Below the pieces are notes generated by a model. It had not been told where the DNA came from and ran no database searches. It saw nothing but the letters and a program-made list of their open reading frames with translations. Below are positions 48,940 to 62,536 of a stretch of DNA of 64,000 bases, piece by piece. The first letter of the stretch is position 1. The number at the start of each line of letters is the position of its first letter. The stretch is from Eledone cirrhosa (lineage: Eukaryota): the NCBI GenBank assembly GCA_964016885.1, contig OZ024745.1, positions 116,622,001-116,686,000 of the forward strand, given 5' to 3'. Position numbers and translations under genes: made by a program.

Positions 48940-49832
48940 GCATCTCCTCTCATCTGTCCCGTAGTCTGGTGGACCATTGGAGCGCTAGCTACAGATGACT
49001 TGGCATCCACCTGTTTCCATTCCTGTCACCTCTCCGCCCTCCTTATAGTTGCACCCAGTTTCATGCCTGTCCATTCCGGCAACTTGTCCTCCCATCTCTT
49101 TTTCTCTGCTTCTCTTCCCCCTTCCTTGTACTGTTCCCTGCAGGTCGGTCTTGGAATCCCTGAAGATCTTGTCACGTGCCTGTACCATCTCAATGTGCGT
49201 TGTTTTACAATGGTCAGTATGTCTTCATAGGGCCCGATGTCTTGCCAAATTCTGTTTGGCATCTCCTCACTGAAGATGCCGTCTCTGTAGATGATGCTAA
49301 GAAGCTTTCTGAAGTATCTCATCTCCATAGCCTGTATTCTTCTTTTCAGATCTGCTGTTATTGTCCAAGACTCAAACACATGGAAGGATATGGACATGAG
49401 ATGAGAGCATCAGTCTAATCGTTGAGCTGCCGGCTATATTTTTATCATTCCAGTTTATCTTAATCTTTGTAAGTGTTACTGTGATCTGGGTAGATCTGGC
49501 GAGTATTTCAGGTTTAGATCGTTCATCTATAAAATTTGTCCCCAATTATTTGAAACTGTTGACGGTCTCTAGATTCTCGCCGTTGACCCTGATGTCAGTG
49601 CTGATGCTGTTGGTATTGTTGGTTATCACTTTGGTCATAGATGCACTGATCTACATGCCGTAGGTGGTAGAAGTCTTGTCAAGACGTTCCACTAGGTTGG
49701 TTAGCGCCTCTTCCTTCCCTGCTGGACCATCTATGTCGTCGGTTAAACGCAAGTTTATAATAGTCCTGCCTCCAATGCTGACTATCCTTTCAGTCTTCCA
49801 ATACGTCTGTTATAATTCGCTCTAAGAAGATT
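48940..49832 (-). pseudogene. RTE (BovB-like) LINE 3' fragment
   Basis: SIGGRTIINLRLTDDID (RT), ESWTITADLKRRIQAMEMRYFRKLL, LRWYRHVTRS, KKRWED; stops and frameshifts. Confidence 0.9.
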
Positions 49833-50364
49833 CCTGATGTTAGGTACATTGGTATTGATGGTGATGTTTATCAGTGTTAGGAGTTGGTTTGGTACTTTTG
49901 ATAATAAAATTATGAAAATGATGATGATGATGATGATGATGATGAAGAAGATAAGGCGGGGAGGGCGGAGGATGGAGGAGGAGGGTGGAGAGGAGGAGGA
50001 GGATGGCGAGAATGAGGAGGGGGTGGGGAGGGGGAGGATAAGGAGGAGTGGGAGGAGGAGGAGCAGTAATCATCATCATTATCATCATGGATTTAGTCGT
50101 CCGTATCAACATCAGTACTTAATTTGTTTTCTTGTTTGATATTTTATTTTATCGATCACCTTTTGTCGAACCGCTAGTATATGTGACAGAGACATTGACA
50201 CACAAGCACATATATGTATATGTTACGGTCTTCGGCAGTTTCCATCATGCAAGTGTTATTCGCAAGACATTGTTTAACTCGAGTCTCTAATAAAAGGCAT
50301 CGAATGGATAGAAAAATATTTAGGTTTTATATTTATATTTATCCAGTCAAAATATATAGTGTTA

Positions 50365-50578
50365 GGGTGATAGTGTCGGTAGAGCGTTGGACAACATGCT
50401 TTGCGGCATATTCTTTCGTCCATTTGCGTTCTGAGTCAAACATCCTGTCGAGGTTATCTTTGCTTTTCATCCTTACAGGGTCGGTAAAATATAGTACCAG
50501 TAACGCACTGAGGTCAATTTAATCGATTTCCAGCTAAACCAAGATTGGTGGCCTTGTGCCTAAATCAGAAACCATTAT
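50365..50578 (+). mobile_element. S1-type SINE
   Basis: Head, core and tail recognisable. Confidence 0.8.
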
Positions 50579-51358
50579 TTTAGTCGTATTATAAAATTTA
50601 TTTAAATATACATCACCTGTCTACTTAATATACAATGCAAATATTTGTCTAATAAGGTAAAATGCGAGGAGTAGAAATGAAACATAAAATTTGATTTATA
50701 TGACAGATTTTATTAAGCACCATCAGAAATATTATTACGGTTAGTATTACTTCAAATGTTAATACTGAGAATATTTGAATGTTAATCATGATGGAAGTTT
50801 TAGAGAAATTCACGACGAGACTATCAATAATGGATGATGAAGTGATAGTACAAAAAACAATACTGAAATGATTTGAAGTAGAAATATCAGATGTACAAAA
50901 TGTAATCAGAAAATGAAAACGGTAGATTTTACTTTGGAAACAAACAAAAAAATGCTACATTTTTTCTGTGTATATATGTAGATATATACATATATATATA
51001 CACACACACACACACCTATATATATATATAGAGAGAGAGAGAGTGAGAGAGAAAGAAGGAGAGAGTAATAGGGAGTGAGAGAGAGGGTGATAAATGGATG
51101 GCATTGGTAGGTAGCTAAAGACAGAGTGAGATAAATATGTGTATGATATATATATATATATGTATATATATAATTGTTATATAGTACGGTGCATTATTGG
51201 TTGTGTAAAATGGTCCAATAACTTTATGTTAGCAATATTAAGTTTTCCACGCTTTTGTATATCTCCAATTCCATTCAAGGGAACAGCTAGATGATGTAAA
51301 ACGGAGTATAAGTATCAAAATGAAAATCCGAAGGCAAGGTAAAATTCCAATCATTTAA

Positions 51359-51432
51359 TCACTACACATGTTTCAATAAGAGATAGATCGATTATGAAGC
51401 CATGATCGATTATCACTGATCTCATCAGATGA
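51359..51432 (-). ncRNA. Type I HHR, family F (left arm)
   Basis: Minus strand: tcat-CTGATGA-long stem II-GAAA-ca tg tg-TA-gtga. Confidence 0.75.
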
Positions 51433-51945
51433 AAATGAATTGTCTTCAAATTCTTGATATGAGGGAGTAAAATAACGATGTTCTCTCACAGAATTCATTC
51501 CCTCATATGAAGACACACCAGTCAGTCAGAGACACGGCGACTGCTATTAAGTTCAGTTGAGGTCATACAAGTTTTCAGATTTCTATCGCTGCAAAAGACG
51601 CTGGACATCAATCAAATCTGTAGGGATACAGTCAGTCACAGTTAATGTGAGTGGATACACACACATTCCACACCCACATACACCGGCTCGAGGTCAAAGA
51701 AAAATATATACATATATATACACACATCAACACAGTATTAAACCTGTAGAGTTAGTGTGGGTGGGTACACGCACACTATCACATACACCAAAGCGATGTC
51801 CGAGAAAAAACGAATATAAGAAAACAAATATAAGAATGTACCAACACAGCACTCACCGAAAGTTAGTTCACAAAACAACAGAAGCTATATTGGTCAAATC
51901 TCAATTTGACGATGTAAATTGGAAATATTGGGTTAACCAACACCC

Positions 51946-52002
<57 letters not shown>

Positions 52003-52719
52003 GCAAGTAAGTTCAGTTCAGTGTTCTGCTATACGTGTATAGATTGAATTGTAACATCCATATCTTCAAGTGTATGTTATGGTATATATACACATCCGAA
52101 TCGTCCAAAAAAGGAGGTATGTCCGGGTATATACACATCATTGTGAAGAGCAAGCAATCAGCTCATATGGAACTCAGTATGTACCGCTGTCCCATTGAGA
52201 ATCCGAGTCACCAAATCCGTGCGTGCAATATTTCCAATTTACATCGTCAAATTGAGATTTGACCAATATAGCTTCTGTTGTTTTGTGAACTAACTTTCGG
52301 TGAGTGCTGTGTTGGTACATTCTTATATTTGTTTTCTTATATTCGTTTTTTCTCGGACATCGCTTCGGTGTGTGTGAGAGTGTGTGTGTACCCACTCACA
52401 CTAACTCTACAGGTTTAATACTGTGTTGATGTGTGTATATATATGTATATATTTTTCTTTGACCTCGAGCCGGTGTATGTGGGTGTGGAATGTGTGTGTA
52501 TCCACTCACATTAACTGTGACTGACTGTATCCCTACAGATTTGATTGATGTCCAGCGTCTTTTGCAGCGATAGAAATCTGAAAACTTGTATGACCTCAAC
52601 TGAACTTAATAGCAGTCGCCGTGTCTATGACTGGTGTGTCTTCATATGAGGGAATGAATTCTGTGAGAGAACATCGTTATTTTACTCCCTCATATCAAGA
52701 ATTTGAAGACAATTCATTT

Positions 52720-52793
52720 TCACCTGATGAGATCAGTGATAATCGATCATGGGTTCACAATCGATCTATCTCTTATTGAAACATGTGTAGTGA
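52720..52793 (+). ncRNA. Type I HHR, family F (right arm)
   Basis: tcac-CTGATGA-gatcagtgataatcgat...atcgatctatctcttatt-GAAA-ca tg tg-TA-gtga. Confidence 0.8.
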
Positions 52794-52854
52794 TTAAATG
52801 ATTGGACTTTTACCTTGCCTTCGGATTTTCATTTTTATATATATATATTTTTTT

Positions 52855-52927
<73 letters not shown>

Positions 52928-52929
<2 letters not shown>

Positions 52930-53017
52930 CGAAGGAAATGTGGTAAGGAACCAGGTGGACCATAACGCACCAAGCCGTCGAAACGGCTTGAGCTCAGCTG
53001 TCGGGGTCTTACTGGTT

Positions 53018-53022
<5 letters not shown>
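52928..53022. mobile_element. Family A short inverted two-piece copy in (TA)n
   Basis: 52928-52973 equals 15550-15595; 52973-53022 equals 15694-15743. Confidence 0.85.
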
Positions 53023-53067
<45 letters not shown>

Positions 53068-53068
<1 letters not shown>

Positions 53069-53424
53069 GAGGATCGGAATTAAGAGTATTCCGCAGTTCA
53101 CAGTAATAATAATAATATTAGCTCAAAGAAGAATAGAGAATTTTCTTCTGAGCTTAAATACAGATATATTACCCAACGAGAAGTGTGTTACACAGTGAGA
53201 TGTGTGTAAAGAATTATTACAAGTGAGTTTTACCATTACTATTCTCTATACAGTAACAGTAAAACTCACTTGTAATAATTCTTTACACACATCTCACTGT
53301 GTAACACACTTCTCGTTGTGTAATATATCTGTATTTGAGCTCAGAAGAAAATTCTCTATTCTTCTTTGAGCTAATATTATTATTATTACTGTGAACTGCG
53401 GAATACTCTTAATTCCGATCCTCG
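53068..53424. repeat. Inverted repeat, 166-bp arms, in (TA)n
   Basis: 53068-53233 vs 53259-53424, two mismatches seen. Confidence 0.95.
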
Positions 53425-53440
53425 TATATATATATATATA

Positions 53441-53901
53441 TACAATATTAAATAAATGGAAAACTATATTTATAAAATCATATCTATTTCATCATATATA
53501 TTTCGGGGATATCATATTAACAATATGCTATGCCTTCATCAGACAAAATACAATATAAACAGTTTTATAGATAAATATATTCGACATACCGTAATAGACA
53601 TCAACTTCATTTGAAGAGGTTTACTCTAGCAGAGTAAACCTCTTCAAATGAAGTTGATGTCTATTACGGTATGTCGAATATATTTATCTATAAAACTGTT
53701 TATATTGTATTTTGTCTGATGAAGGCATAGCATATTGTTAATATGATATCCCCGAAATATATATGATGAAATAGATATGGTTTTATAAATATAGTTTTCC
53801 ATTTATTTAATATTGTAAATATACTCCAAATATTTGTCGAGTGCTTTTATATCAGTTATAAATATTTACTAGTTGTAACCCAACAATTTTAAATATAACT
53901 T

Positions 53902-53905
<4 letters not shown>
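53441..53905. mobile_element. Family B fold-back element, 187-bp arms, HHR with G at the cleavage position
   Basis: 53441-53627 / 53631-53817, 3-nt spacer; ttttgt-CTGATGA-aggcatagcatatt gtt aatatgatatcccc-GAAA-tatata-TG-atgaaa at 53710-53771, mirrored at 53487-53548. Confidence 0.9.
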
Positions 53906-53969
<64 letters not shown>

Positions 53970-54018
53970 AGAGAGAGAGAGAGAGAGAGAGAAAGAAAAA
54001 GAGAGAGAGAGAGAGAGG

Positions 54019-54049
<31 letters not shown>

Positions 54050-54585
54050 AGATAGAGAGACAGATAAATAGATAGATAGATAGATTGATTGATATGTGTA
54101 AAATTATATATGCATATATATATATAAATATATATATATATGTGTTTGTGTGTGCATATACATATACGTATATATATATATATACTGTGTATATGTATAT
54201 AAATATATGCATATACATATACGTATATATATATATATGTTTTATATATATATATGCGAACATATATTTATATATATAAACACGCACTTTTCTCTCTATG
54301 TATATGGGTGGGTGTAATTGTTTGTGTTTGAATATATACCTACGTATTTGTGTATGAGGTAGACATAATTTACAAAGCTGAAGTCAAATCAATACATTTA
54401 TTTTCCAAAATCTTATTATGTTAGTCAGAATGAACAACTATTTCCCACTTTGCAATGTCTACTAATATATCCCTACTAGAGCAATAAACAAAATTGAAAG
54501 TAACTCATGAGAAAAATGACACAAAACAAAGACGAAACAAAGTAACTATGTTTCAATCTCCAGGCATCTTCGTAAACATTGTACG

Positions 54586-54650
<65 letters not shown>

Positions 54651-54713
54651 AGATTTGTAACTATATACATACTTACATGTAAATATTTATATTTCTTTAT
54701 ATATATATATAAG

Positions 54714-54756
<43 letters not shown>

Positions 54757-55029
54757 TTCTATATGACACTTACAGATTTCTTTTACATTCAACAAGAATA
54801 TTACCTTAGTGTATAAACTTTAGCAAAGACCTCAAGGAAATAGAGAAAAATAGTATAATGACAAAAATAAATATGTAGCTTAAAATGTATTATAGGAGAA
54901 TAATATCTCAGATTACTGCGTTGCCCAAGCGATTTGGGGGTATTGTCTTCTTAAGTGTTCGTCCCTCTCTCTCCCCTGCTTCCTTTCGTCCACCTACGCT
55001 TGCTCCACCCTGGTGAGCAGCATCCTCTC

Positions 55030-55900
55030 CTCTCCAACTTAGACTAGTTCCAACGGGGAGTTGGGTGAAGCTCTCCAGCAATGGATTCAGTTGGGCTTGT
55101 CTCTCCCTGAGAAGATGGAGAACAGTCGAAGTCAAAGAGCTTGGGACAGCATAAGTTCGAAGGCCACCTTCTACTCCCTCTTCGTCCAGTCAGATCAGTT
55201 TGCAAGATGCCGCTTACTATCTGCCAGCGCCAAATACTCAGGCGACTGGGTTGATGCCCGACCCGTGGCCAATGTCGGTGGCCTACTCAGCCTAGACGAA
55301 CTTCGTGTCTCCATCGCCCTCAGAGTGAGAGCTGACGTCTGCATGGCTGCCGATGCGGCAAACTCCTCGACTCCACAGGCCTCCACGGTCTTTCTTGTCG
55401 CCTGAATGCCGGCCGCTTCGCACGTCACGCGGAACTAAACCTCATCCTCAAGAGAACTTTGACGCGGGAGAACATCCCCTCGGTCTTGGAACCATCTGGG
55501 TTGTCCTGAAGTGACGGAAAAAGGCCTGACGGCCTTACCCTGTGGCACTGGTCGAGAGGCAGGTGCCTTGTCCGGGACGTCACTGTTAGTGACTCTTTTG
55601 CTCTCTCCCACATCCTGGATACTGCGGTTAGGACGAGAGTCACAGCTTCCGCAGCCGAGCGGAGTAAGACCCTCAAATACTCTTATCTGTCGGCCAGCTA
55701 CCTTTTTCCGCCTCTGGGTTTCGAGACGTTTAGGGGAGTCGGGCCGCTGACTGCGAGGGTCCTCTCTTCACTGGCCGCTCGCCTAATAGAGGTAACTGGC
55801 GAATCTTGCGAGGGCGCTTGGCTGTTCCATCGCATTAGCCTCGCCATCATCCGAGGCAACGCTGCGAGTGTGCTGGCTTGCCTCAAAGGTCATTAGTGAG
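55030..55900 (+). pseudogene. CRE-clade non-LTR retrotransposon 3' fragment
   Basis: QRAWD..RLLSA..SGDW..P..LSLDELRVSIALR, CRCG..GLHGLSC..RH..LN, DGKRPDG.T..W..DVT, AERSK..KY, FETF, LFHRISLAIIRGNAASVL; frameshift and stop. Confidence 0.9.
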
Positions 55901-57174
55901 GTCGCCCAGTACCACTCGCTGCTGTTTTTTGCACTGGTGTTGGCTCGGTTGTTCACCCGTTCCTTTATATTTTCTTTACTGTTTTAAACAAGGATTTGTT
56001 CGTTTGTTTGTTTTTTAGTACTGTTTCCACACAGTTTTTTAAACTCTCCACTTTTATTTAAACATTGCCTTTCTCCTTTCCCTTCCCCTAAACCTTTTCT
56101 TTACTTTCGTTATTTAATTATTTTTCCATCTTTCTTTTTCTTTTTGTTATTGCAAACATTATATAACCGAATTGAAATTTGTCGAATAAATAAAACTCGA
56201 GAAATGTATATATATATATATATATATGATGTATAGTGGTAAAAAAAAACGGGAGGTTATATCCGTAGTAGGTAGAGAATTCAGTCCAGAAGACGAGTTT
56301 GGTATAGATTTACTTACATAACAAATTCGCAAACCATACTCGAGGACGCGCGTTTCTCCCAACAGATTCTCAACTCGAGTGAGATTGAGCTGAAAACGGA
56401 AGTGTATATCATCTGACTGGTTTCTCTTTGCATGGCCGCTATTGCCCCGTCCGGCATGGTCAGGTTTGCCCAGGACTTCTACCGTTTAATTAGCCTCCAC
56501 GCCTGGGCCAACTGTTCGGCTTTATCGCTAATATCAATATTCAATAAGCGCTTTGTTTTGCTGCTGCTGCAGCAAATGTGGTGTCTTTGTTGCTCTTGTT
56601 GTTGGTGTTGTTGTTGTTTTGTTTGCTGTTGCTGTTGCCAACGCCATCCGTGTTTACATTGAAGCTGTCGGTGTTATTGTCGTTGTTGTTCTGAGTTGTT
56701 GTTGTGGTGGTGGTGGTGGCGGTGGTGGTGGCGGTGGTGGTGGTGGCGGTGATGTCGTTTTCAGATGAAACACAGAAGAGAGCGGTTGTGATGGTAGCTT
56801 TTGTGTTTTGCCTTCATATTCAGTGGAATGGTCGACACACATGTCTGTAGTAGTCGTAGTTGTGGTGAGATCTACAGTGGCTGCTTTTGAACTTTCGACC
56901 TGAACTTTGTTTACCGTTTCAAGGTCAAAAATTTCCATTTTTTTTTGGTGCGGAAGCGATTTTTTTTCGAAGTTTTTAAAAATAAATCTGAATATTCGGG
57001 CTTAAAGCCCGAATATTGAGAGGTCTCCCTGCCTTGAAATCAAGGTGGGTACCTTATGTTTCGTTAACGACAAGAAAATACAAAAAAAATGATACTTTAA
57101 AACAGCTTAAAGTTACGAACCTTTTCCCCCGCAGACTTTTACGTCTTCATACATGTGCGTCCAATGTAAATAAT

Positions 57175-57615
57175 GAGAAATAGTAATAATAATAATGGTA
57201 ATAATATTAACGATAGGCAGAACAACAACAACAACCACGATAATAATAATAGAAACATTAACGACAGACACAACAACAACAAACACAGTAGTAATAATGG
57301 AACTAATACGAGTAACAACAACAACAACCACAGTAGTAATAATGGAAATAATACGTGTAGGAACATTAATGATAAACACAGCAACAACAACAACAACAAT
57401 AAACATAATAATAAAAGTAGCAACCACAATGGTAGAAATAACAGTAACAATAACAATAACAATAGAGAAAGCAACAGCAATACATCTAACAATCATAACA
57501 ACAATACATCTAGCAATCATAACAATAATAATAATGTTAATGATAGGAACAACAACAACCACCATAATAACAATAATAGCAACACACACAACTATGACGA
57601 TAGACATAACGACAA
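57175..57615. repeat. (AAC/AAT)n-rich low-complexity tract
   Basis: Visible directly; in frame with the downstream PLE ORF as poly-Asn. Confidence 0.9.
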
Positions 57616-59815
57616 CCCCTTAGAGAAACTATTCTTCAATCCAGCTGACAAAACATATCAGATGGGTAATATTTATCCTACGAGGTTACCCTTTAATAAA
57701 AGGGTTTGTATATCACAACAAGTAGATGACGAGACAGAGGCACAGTTCACCATAGCTAGAAATAAGATTAGACAAATAGTAGACCGATATACTAAGAGAC
57801 AGAGCAGACCAGAGGTCCAACAACTTGGGGGGAAACCTGTAGAAGGCTTGGTTAGCATCAAGCAGTGCACAAGGGATGGTGAGGTAGTGTGTCTACCCAC
57901 GGATAAGTCTGGTAGGATGTCAATAGACAGCATGCCGAACTACATCAAGGCTATGCAACCCCACATTACCAACACGAGCGAAATTACACAGCAAATAAAT
58001 GAGGGGAGAGAGAAGATGCTCAACGCTCACATGATGATGTGAACCCACATCCTAAAGCCAAGCAGACGTACTGCCAACAACTTCCAGGCGTCTAACAATG
58101 ACATACCACACTTGTATGGGCTCCGCAAAGACCATAAGACAGTCGACGACCCGACAACAGGACCACCGACAAGACCTGTATGCGGAGCCAATATCGCTAG
58201 CAACTACAGGATCTCCTACTTCCTCCCAATGGTTATATGCCCCATAATCAAGATGTCCCCGTAATCAAGATGACAGTACAGAGGACCTCCTCAGCAGAAT
58301 CAGTGAGTGCAACAAAAACAAAAACCTATCCAACTGCATAATTGGCAGTGTGGACGTGGTATCACTATATCCATCCATTAACATTTATTTTGCTGTGGGA
58401 AAATGTGTGGAGATGATCAGTGAAAGTGAGGTGGAGTTCTCCGACTTCGACACAGACGAAATGGGCCTCCTACTTAGACTTAACCTATGACACCGAGTAC
58501 CTAGACAGCCATGACCTTAGCCGTTTCTGCCCCAGTAGACCCATAAGAAGTAGATCCCCTTCACCATAACCTTAATGGCAAAAAAGACTCCCATGAGAAG
58601 GTGAATTGGGTGGACCAAAGCCATACGGACCCCCAAAACAATGATCAGGTAAGAAAAATGATCGCACACATGCAATAGGGGCTAGTATTAAAACTACCCT
58701 AAAGAGCCACATATTCAAATTCAACGAGAAGAGGTACACCCAAAATGAGGGAGCAGCCATTGGCGTCAGCATAGCTGGTGACGTTGCCAACCTTTTTATG
58801 GTATGTTGGGAAAAGTGACTCAAAGATCTACTTGATGAGAGTGAGAGCTCCATAGACCTCGTCATGTACTCTCGTTACGTAGACGACATTAATATAGTAG
58901 TAAGGACACCCCCACAAGAGAGTACTAACAAGTATGATTTAGAATGTAGCACAATGAAAAGCATCCAGCAGATAGCTAATTCCATACACCAGAGTATAAC
59001 TGTAACTATCGACTACCTTTCCAAACAAACTAACAATAGACTACCTGTATTAGACACGGAACTCTGGATTAACACTATAGACGAGAGAGCCCAAATTCTC
59101 CACTCACACTACGCTAAATCCATGGCCTCCAAATACCTGATACTCAAAAACTCAGCAATGTCCAGTAGTGCTAAGTTTAATATTCTGATCGCAGACTTGG
59201 TACGAGTGATGAAGAATGTGTCCCGCATGTGCAACCCAACAGAAATGGAAAGACACATCCAACACTTCATCAACCGCATGCAGTTCTCTGGCTACAACAA
59301 AAGAGACAGAATCAGAGTATACGAAGGAGCCACGGAGGAGTATAAGACCCTCATAGAACTGGACATGAAAGGAATTTGCCAATTATACAGGAGCAAATCA
59401 TGGAATATAGCTTAGATAGGACTAAACATAAGATAGGGAAATATAAATAAATAAATAAATATATACAGAAGCACAATAACAACAAACACATATAAACACA
59501 CACTAGTAAACTAAGATAGAATACAATAACCAAAACACAGTCACCCAAACGCGAACACACATCAAACAATATACAGACACGCAAACGCATGCGCAGAGAA
59601 GAAGACAAAAATAAATAAATAAACAGATTGAATAAAATGGCGTAGACATACAATACAACAGGAGTAAACATAATAGTACCACTGACGATGTTGCAGATGT
59701 GCAACGAAAGAACTTTGTTAGACTATATATATGTGTTTGTGTCTATATTATATCTGTATTTTTGACCGTTGGTCAGTCAATGGTAAACACGGAGGACCGA
59801 ATAAATTAACTGATA
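57616..59815 (+). mobile_element. PLE family E: degenerate RT, endonuclease deleted, 3' UTR with HHR
   Basis: PTDKSG, LYGLRKDHK, TRPVCGA, GSVDVVSLYPSI, YTQNEGAAIG..AGDVANLFM, RYVDDIN, RLPVLD; jumps from the thumb region to the UTR shared with 22200-22596. Confidence 0.9.
59677..59720 (+). ncRNA. Minimal type I HHR, family E
   Basis: tacca-CTGACGA-t gttgca gatg tgcaac-GAAA-g aa c-TT-tgtta; homologue of 22281-22324. Confidence 0.7.
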
Positions 59816-60094
59816 TAAATGAATTTGTCAGAAATATAAAACATGTCTCGGATTTTTACTGTACTATGTTTATAGTAATAGCGTCTAGAATTTACAATGA
59901 TCACAGTGGAATATGGAAGAAATAAAACTAAAATATCTATCAGTGGCACTTAAAATGACTTTTACGTCTAGAAATATTTTACGTTCCTTATTGTTTTGTT
60001 AACTACATTTTCCAATAGAATTGAAATAGAAATAGAAGCCATCTTGTTCCGTTCAGCGTCCCCATTATTAGACTATATTATTTAATCATTGTTA

Positions 60095-60192
60095 ACCAAG
60101 GTTAACTTTGCCTTTCATCCTTACGGGGTCGATAAAATAAAGTACCAGTAATACACTGGGTAATTGCTGGCCTTGTGCTAAAAGTAGAAACA
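60095..60192 (+). mobile_element. 5'-truncated S1 SINE with 18-bp TSD
   Basis: ATTATTTAATCATTGTTA at 60077-60094 and 60193-60210. Confidence 0.9.
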
Positions 60193-60599
60193 ATTATTTA
60201 ATCATTGTTACGGCGTATCTTCTATTTCTATTTCAATTCTAAAATTTCGTTCACCGCTTTCTAAACATATTTCCTTTGTTTCGGTTAGAAATCCCATTTT
60301 TATTTTATTTTAAAACTTATTCTATTTTTTAAATTATTCCCCAAGATAATATATTTACAAAATCATTCTATGACCATTTGTTTCGCTAAAACAATTTTAA
60401 TGAAGTCTTTACTCCTATTTTATTAATCTTGAAGATAGACATCAGTAGAATTTGAATACAACAGGCGTTTATGAATCTAACATTCTATGAATTCTGGAAT
60501 TGATTCCCATGCTTTTATATTTGGCTGTATATTACTCTTTCTCTTCTTCAATCTATATACTACTAAAACTCTGTGATTTCTTGGTTATTTGCTTGTCTG

Positions 60600-60747
60600 T
60601 AATGTAATACAGCCAAAAAGGCGCATAATGGGAAAATACTTTGAAAGCAAGTTGTCCCTGAAATGGGAATACAAATGGAATAAAACAAGTTTCACGTAAA
60701 TCGGAGAACAGGTCCCGAGATATGGAGTTTTTCCGAGTACCTTCATA
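60600..60747 (+). mobile_element. Possible mariner 3' end with TIR
   Basis: Approximate AHNG.YFE C-terminus; ends GAGTTTTTCCGAGTACCTTCATA, like a mariner TIR plus TA. Confidence 0.35.
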
Positions 60748-60973
60748 AACAGAGAGAGAGATAGAGAGGAAGAGATAGTGGTTGTGAGAGAGTAGATTGA
60801 AAGAGAGACATAGAGAGAGAGGAGACAGAAATGAGAATGGGAGAGAGAAAGAGTTGGTGGTGTTGTTGTGTATATATATGTGTGTGTGTGTGTGTACATA
60901 TATATATATACACACACATGTGTGTGTGTCTGTCTACGACCAGTGTATATAGATGACAGACACCCACGTATGT

Positions 60974-61044
<71 letters not shown>

Positions 61045-62536
61045 TACACACACATTTATATATGGGCTTTCCAGTTTCATTTCACATTATATACCTGTCT
61101 GTGGATACTTTAATTATTTTTAAATAATTTTTAATTGAATGTGACTCGGTCACGGGTGGTCTAGTAATGTGGAAGTACAAGAGAGATGGAGTGAATGAAT
61201 GTGGGGTGAGAAGGGGAAATGCGTGACGTCCGAACGAGTACCCTCCACCTCCAACTAACTTATCCTCCGTTTCTGGGTCCCAGCTGACAGGATTGACAAT
61301 ACATTACCCAGGACGACGTGCTGAACATCCACTCCACCTCGTGGGGTTCGCACCTGTGGGTAGCCAACTCCCTCCATTAGGGACGTGGTCCGGGGGGCAA
61401 GAACGCCGGAAGTCTCTACTGCTATTTCCTCTGCTTCTTCCCACTCGATAATTGTTGTTCGTCTAATAAAATTCCATGCTTTAATAGTTTAAGTATTTTC
61501 TTCCTTTTCAGCTTCATTTATTTTTATTCTCACCCATTTCATATAAACTGTCATGTCCCTCTATAGTTCGTTATCCTAAATGTAGTAATTATCACTGTTT
61601 ATAGTGAAATGATAATATAATACGTCCCTTTATAGTTTCTTTAATGTAGTAATTAGAATTATGTTTATAGTGAAATGGCAACAAAATTCCTTTAGACATA
61701 ATTAATTTGAAGTGATTTACGAAATTTTAGCCCATAATTTACTCAAAGCCTATAGAACCACAATACCACGGCTCCTACCGATTGTAGCTTAGAAAATAAA
61801 TCCAACTATGTGGAAATAATTAGAGAATTTATATATGCATTTCAATACTGAATGGGTCCCTATAGTGTTAGTTTTATTGGAATTGTGTTGCTCTGTATAC
61901 GATAAATATCAAATGCTGATTGAAAATCAAAACAAACTTCGTTCGTAGCAAACAAGAGATTGTAAGAAACCGTAATCCAAATAGTTTATCCGATTTACTA
62001 TATGCAGCGTTCATAAACTATAGTTCTCGGATGTATAGAAAACAACTTCAAACAGGGAAATAGTAAATAGGTTTTATCTAAGAAGAGAAAATGCAAACAT
62101 TTTATCAATTAATGGATCGTTGTTTTTTATTATTTGAAAAGAATTCTTAGTGTTTTCTTTGAAACTAAAAACACTACAATTGTAATAAAATAAAAAGTAC
62201 AAAAGAAAGTTTTAGATTGACATAAAATAATCAATCAAAATAATGTTAAACAAACTTTTCCCCACAAGAATTCAGAAATGTTTGTAAAAGGGTTGGAAAC
62301 AATATAAATGTTTTCATAAAATGGAATAAATTAAATCATGAAGAAACCTTCAAAGGAAGACGAAATTGAAGGTGATCACGTTCTTTTGTTAGATGAAAAA
62401 CGTGCTAATGGTGAATATGAATACAATAAATAAAACAAACCCGGAAACTTCAGTTTTATCTCCGTTAACACTCTCTTTCCAACATAACATATTTTGATAG
62501 GCATTTTATGTCCAAATAAACGCCTGTTTGAGGTTG

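Larger units (their letters stand above)
51317..52835. mobile_element. Family F element forming an inverted repeat with about 610-bp arms
   Basis: 51317-51930 is a near-perfect reverse complement of 52226-52835; 295-bp spacer containing (CA)n. Confidence 0.95.

Noticed and set aside
51557-52599. Duplicated ORF MRSYKFSDFYRC on both strands
   Set aside because: Consequence of the inverted repeat; TTG start, no recognisable domain, stop in one copy.
56283-56347. CAGAAGA followed by a CGAGTTTGGT/ACCATACTCG hairpin
   Set aside because: Core is mutated and GAAA/stem III are absent; insufficient for an HHR call.
56400-56938. Minus-strand ORF with poly-T/P/Q
   Set aside because: Mostly trinucleotide repeats, interrupted by stops, no recognisable domain; might be an element 5' region but unsupported.
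56991-57017. Perfect 13-bp-arm hairpin AATATTCGGGCTT-A-AAGCCCGAATATT
   Set aside because: Single small palindrome with no second copy or functional context in the window.
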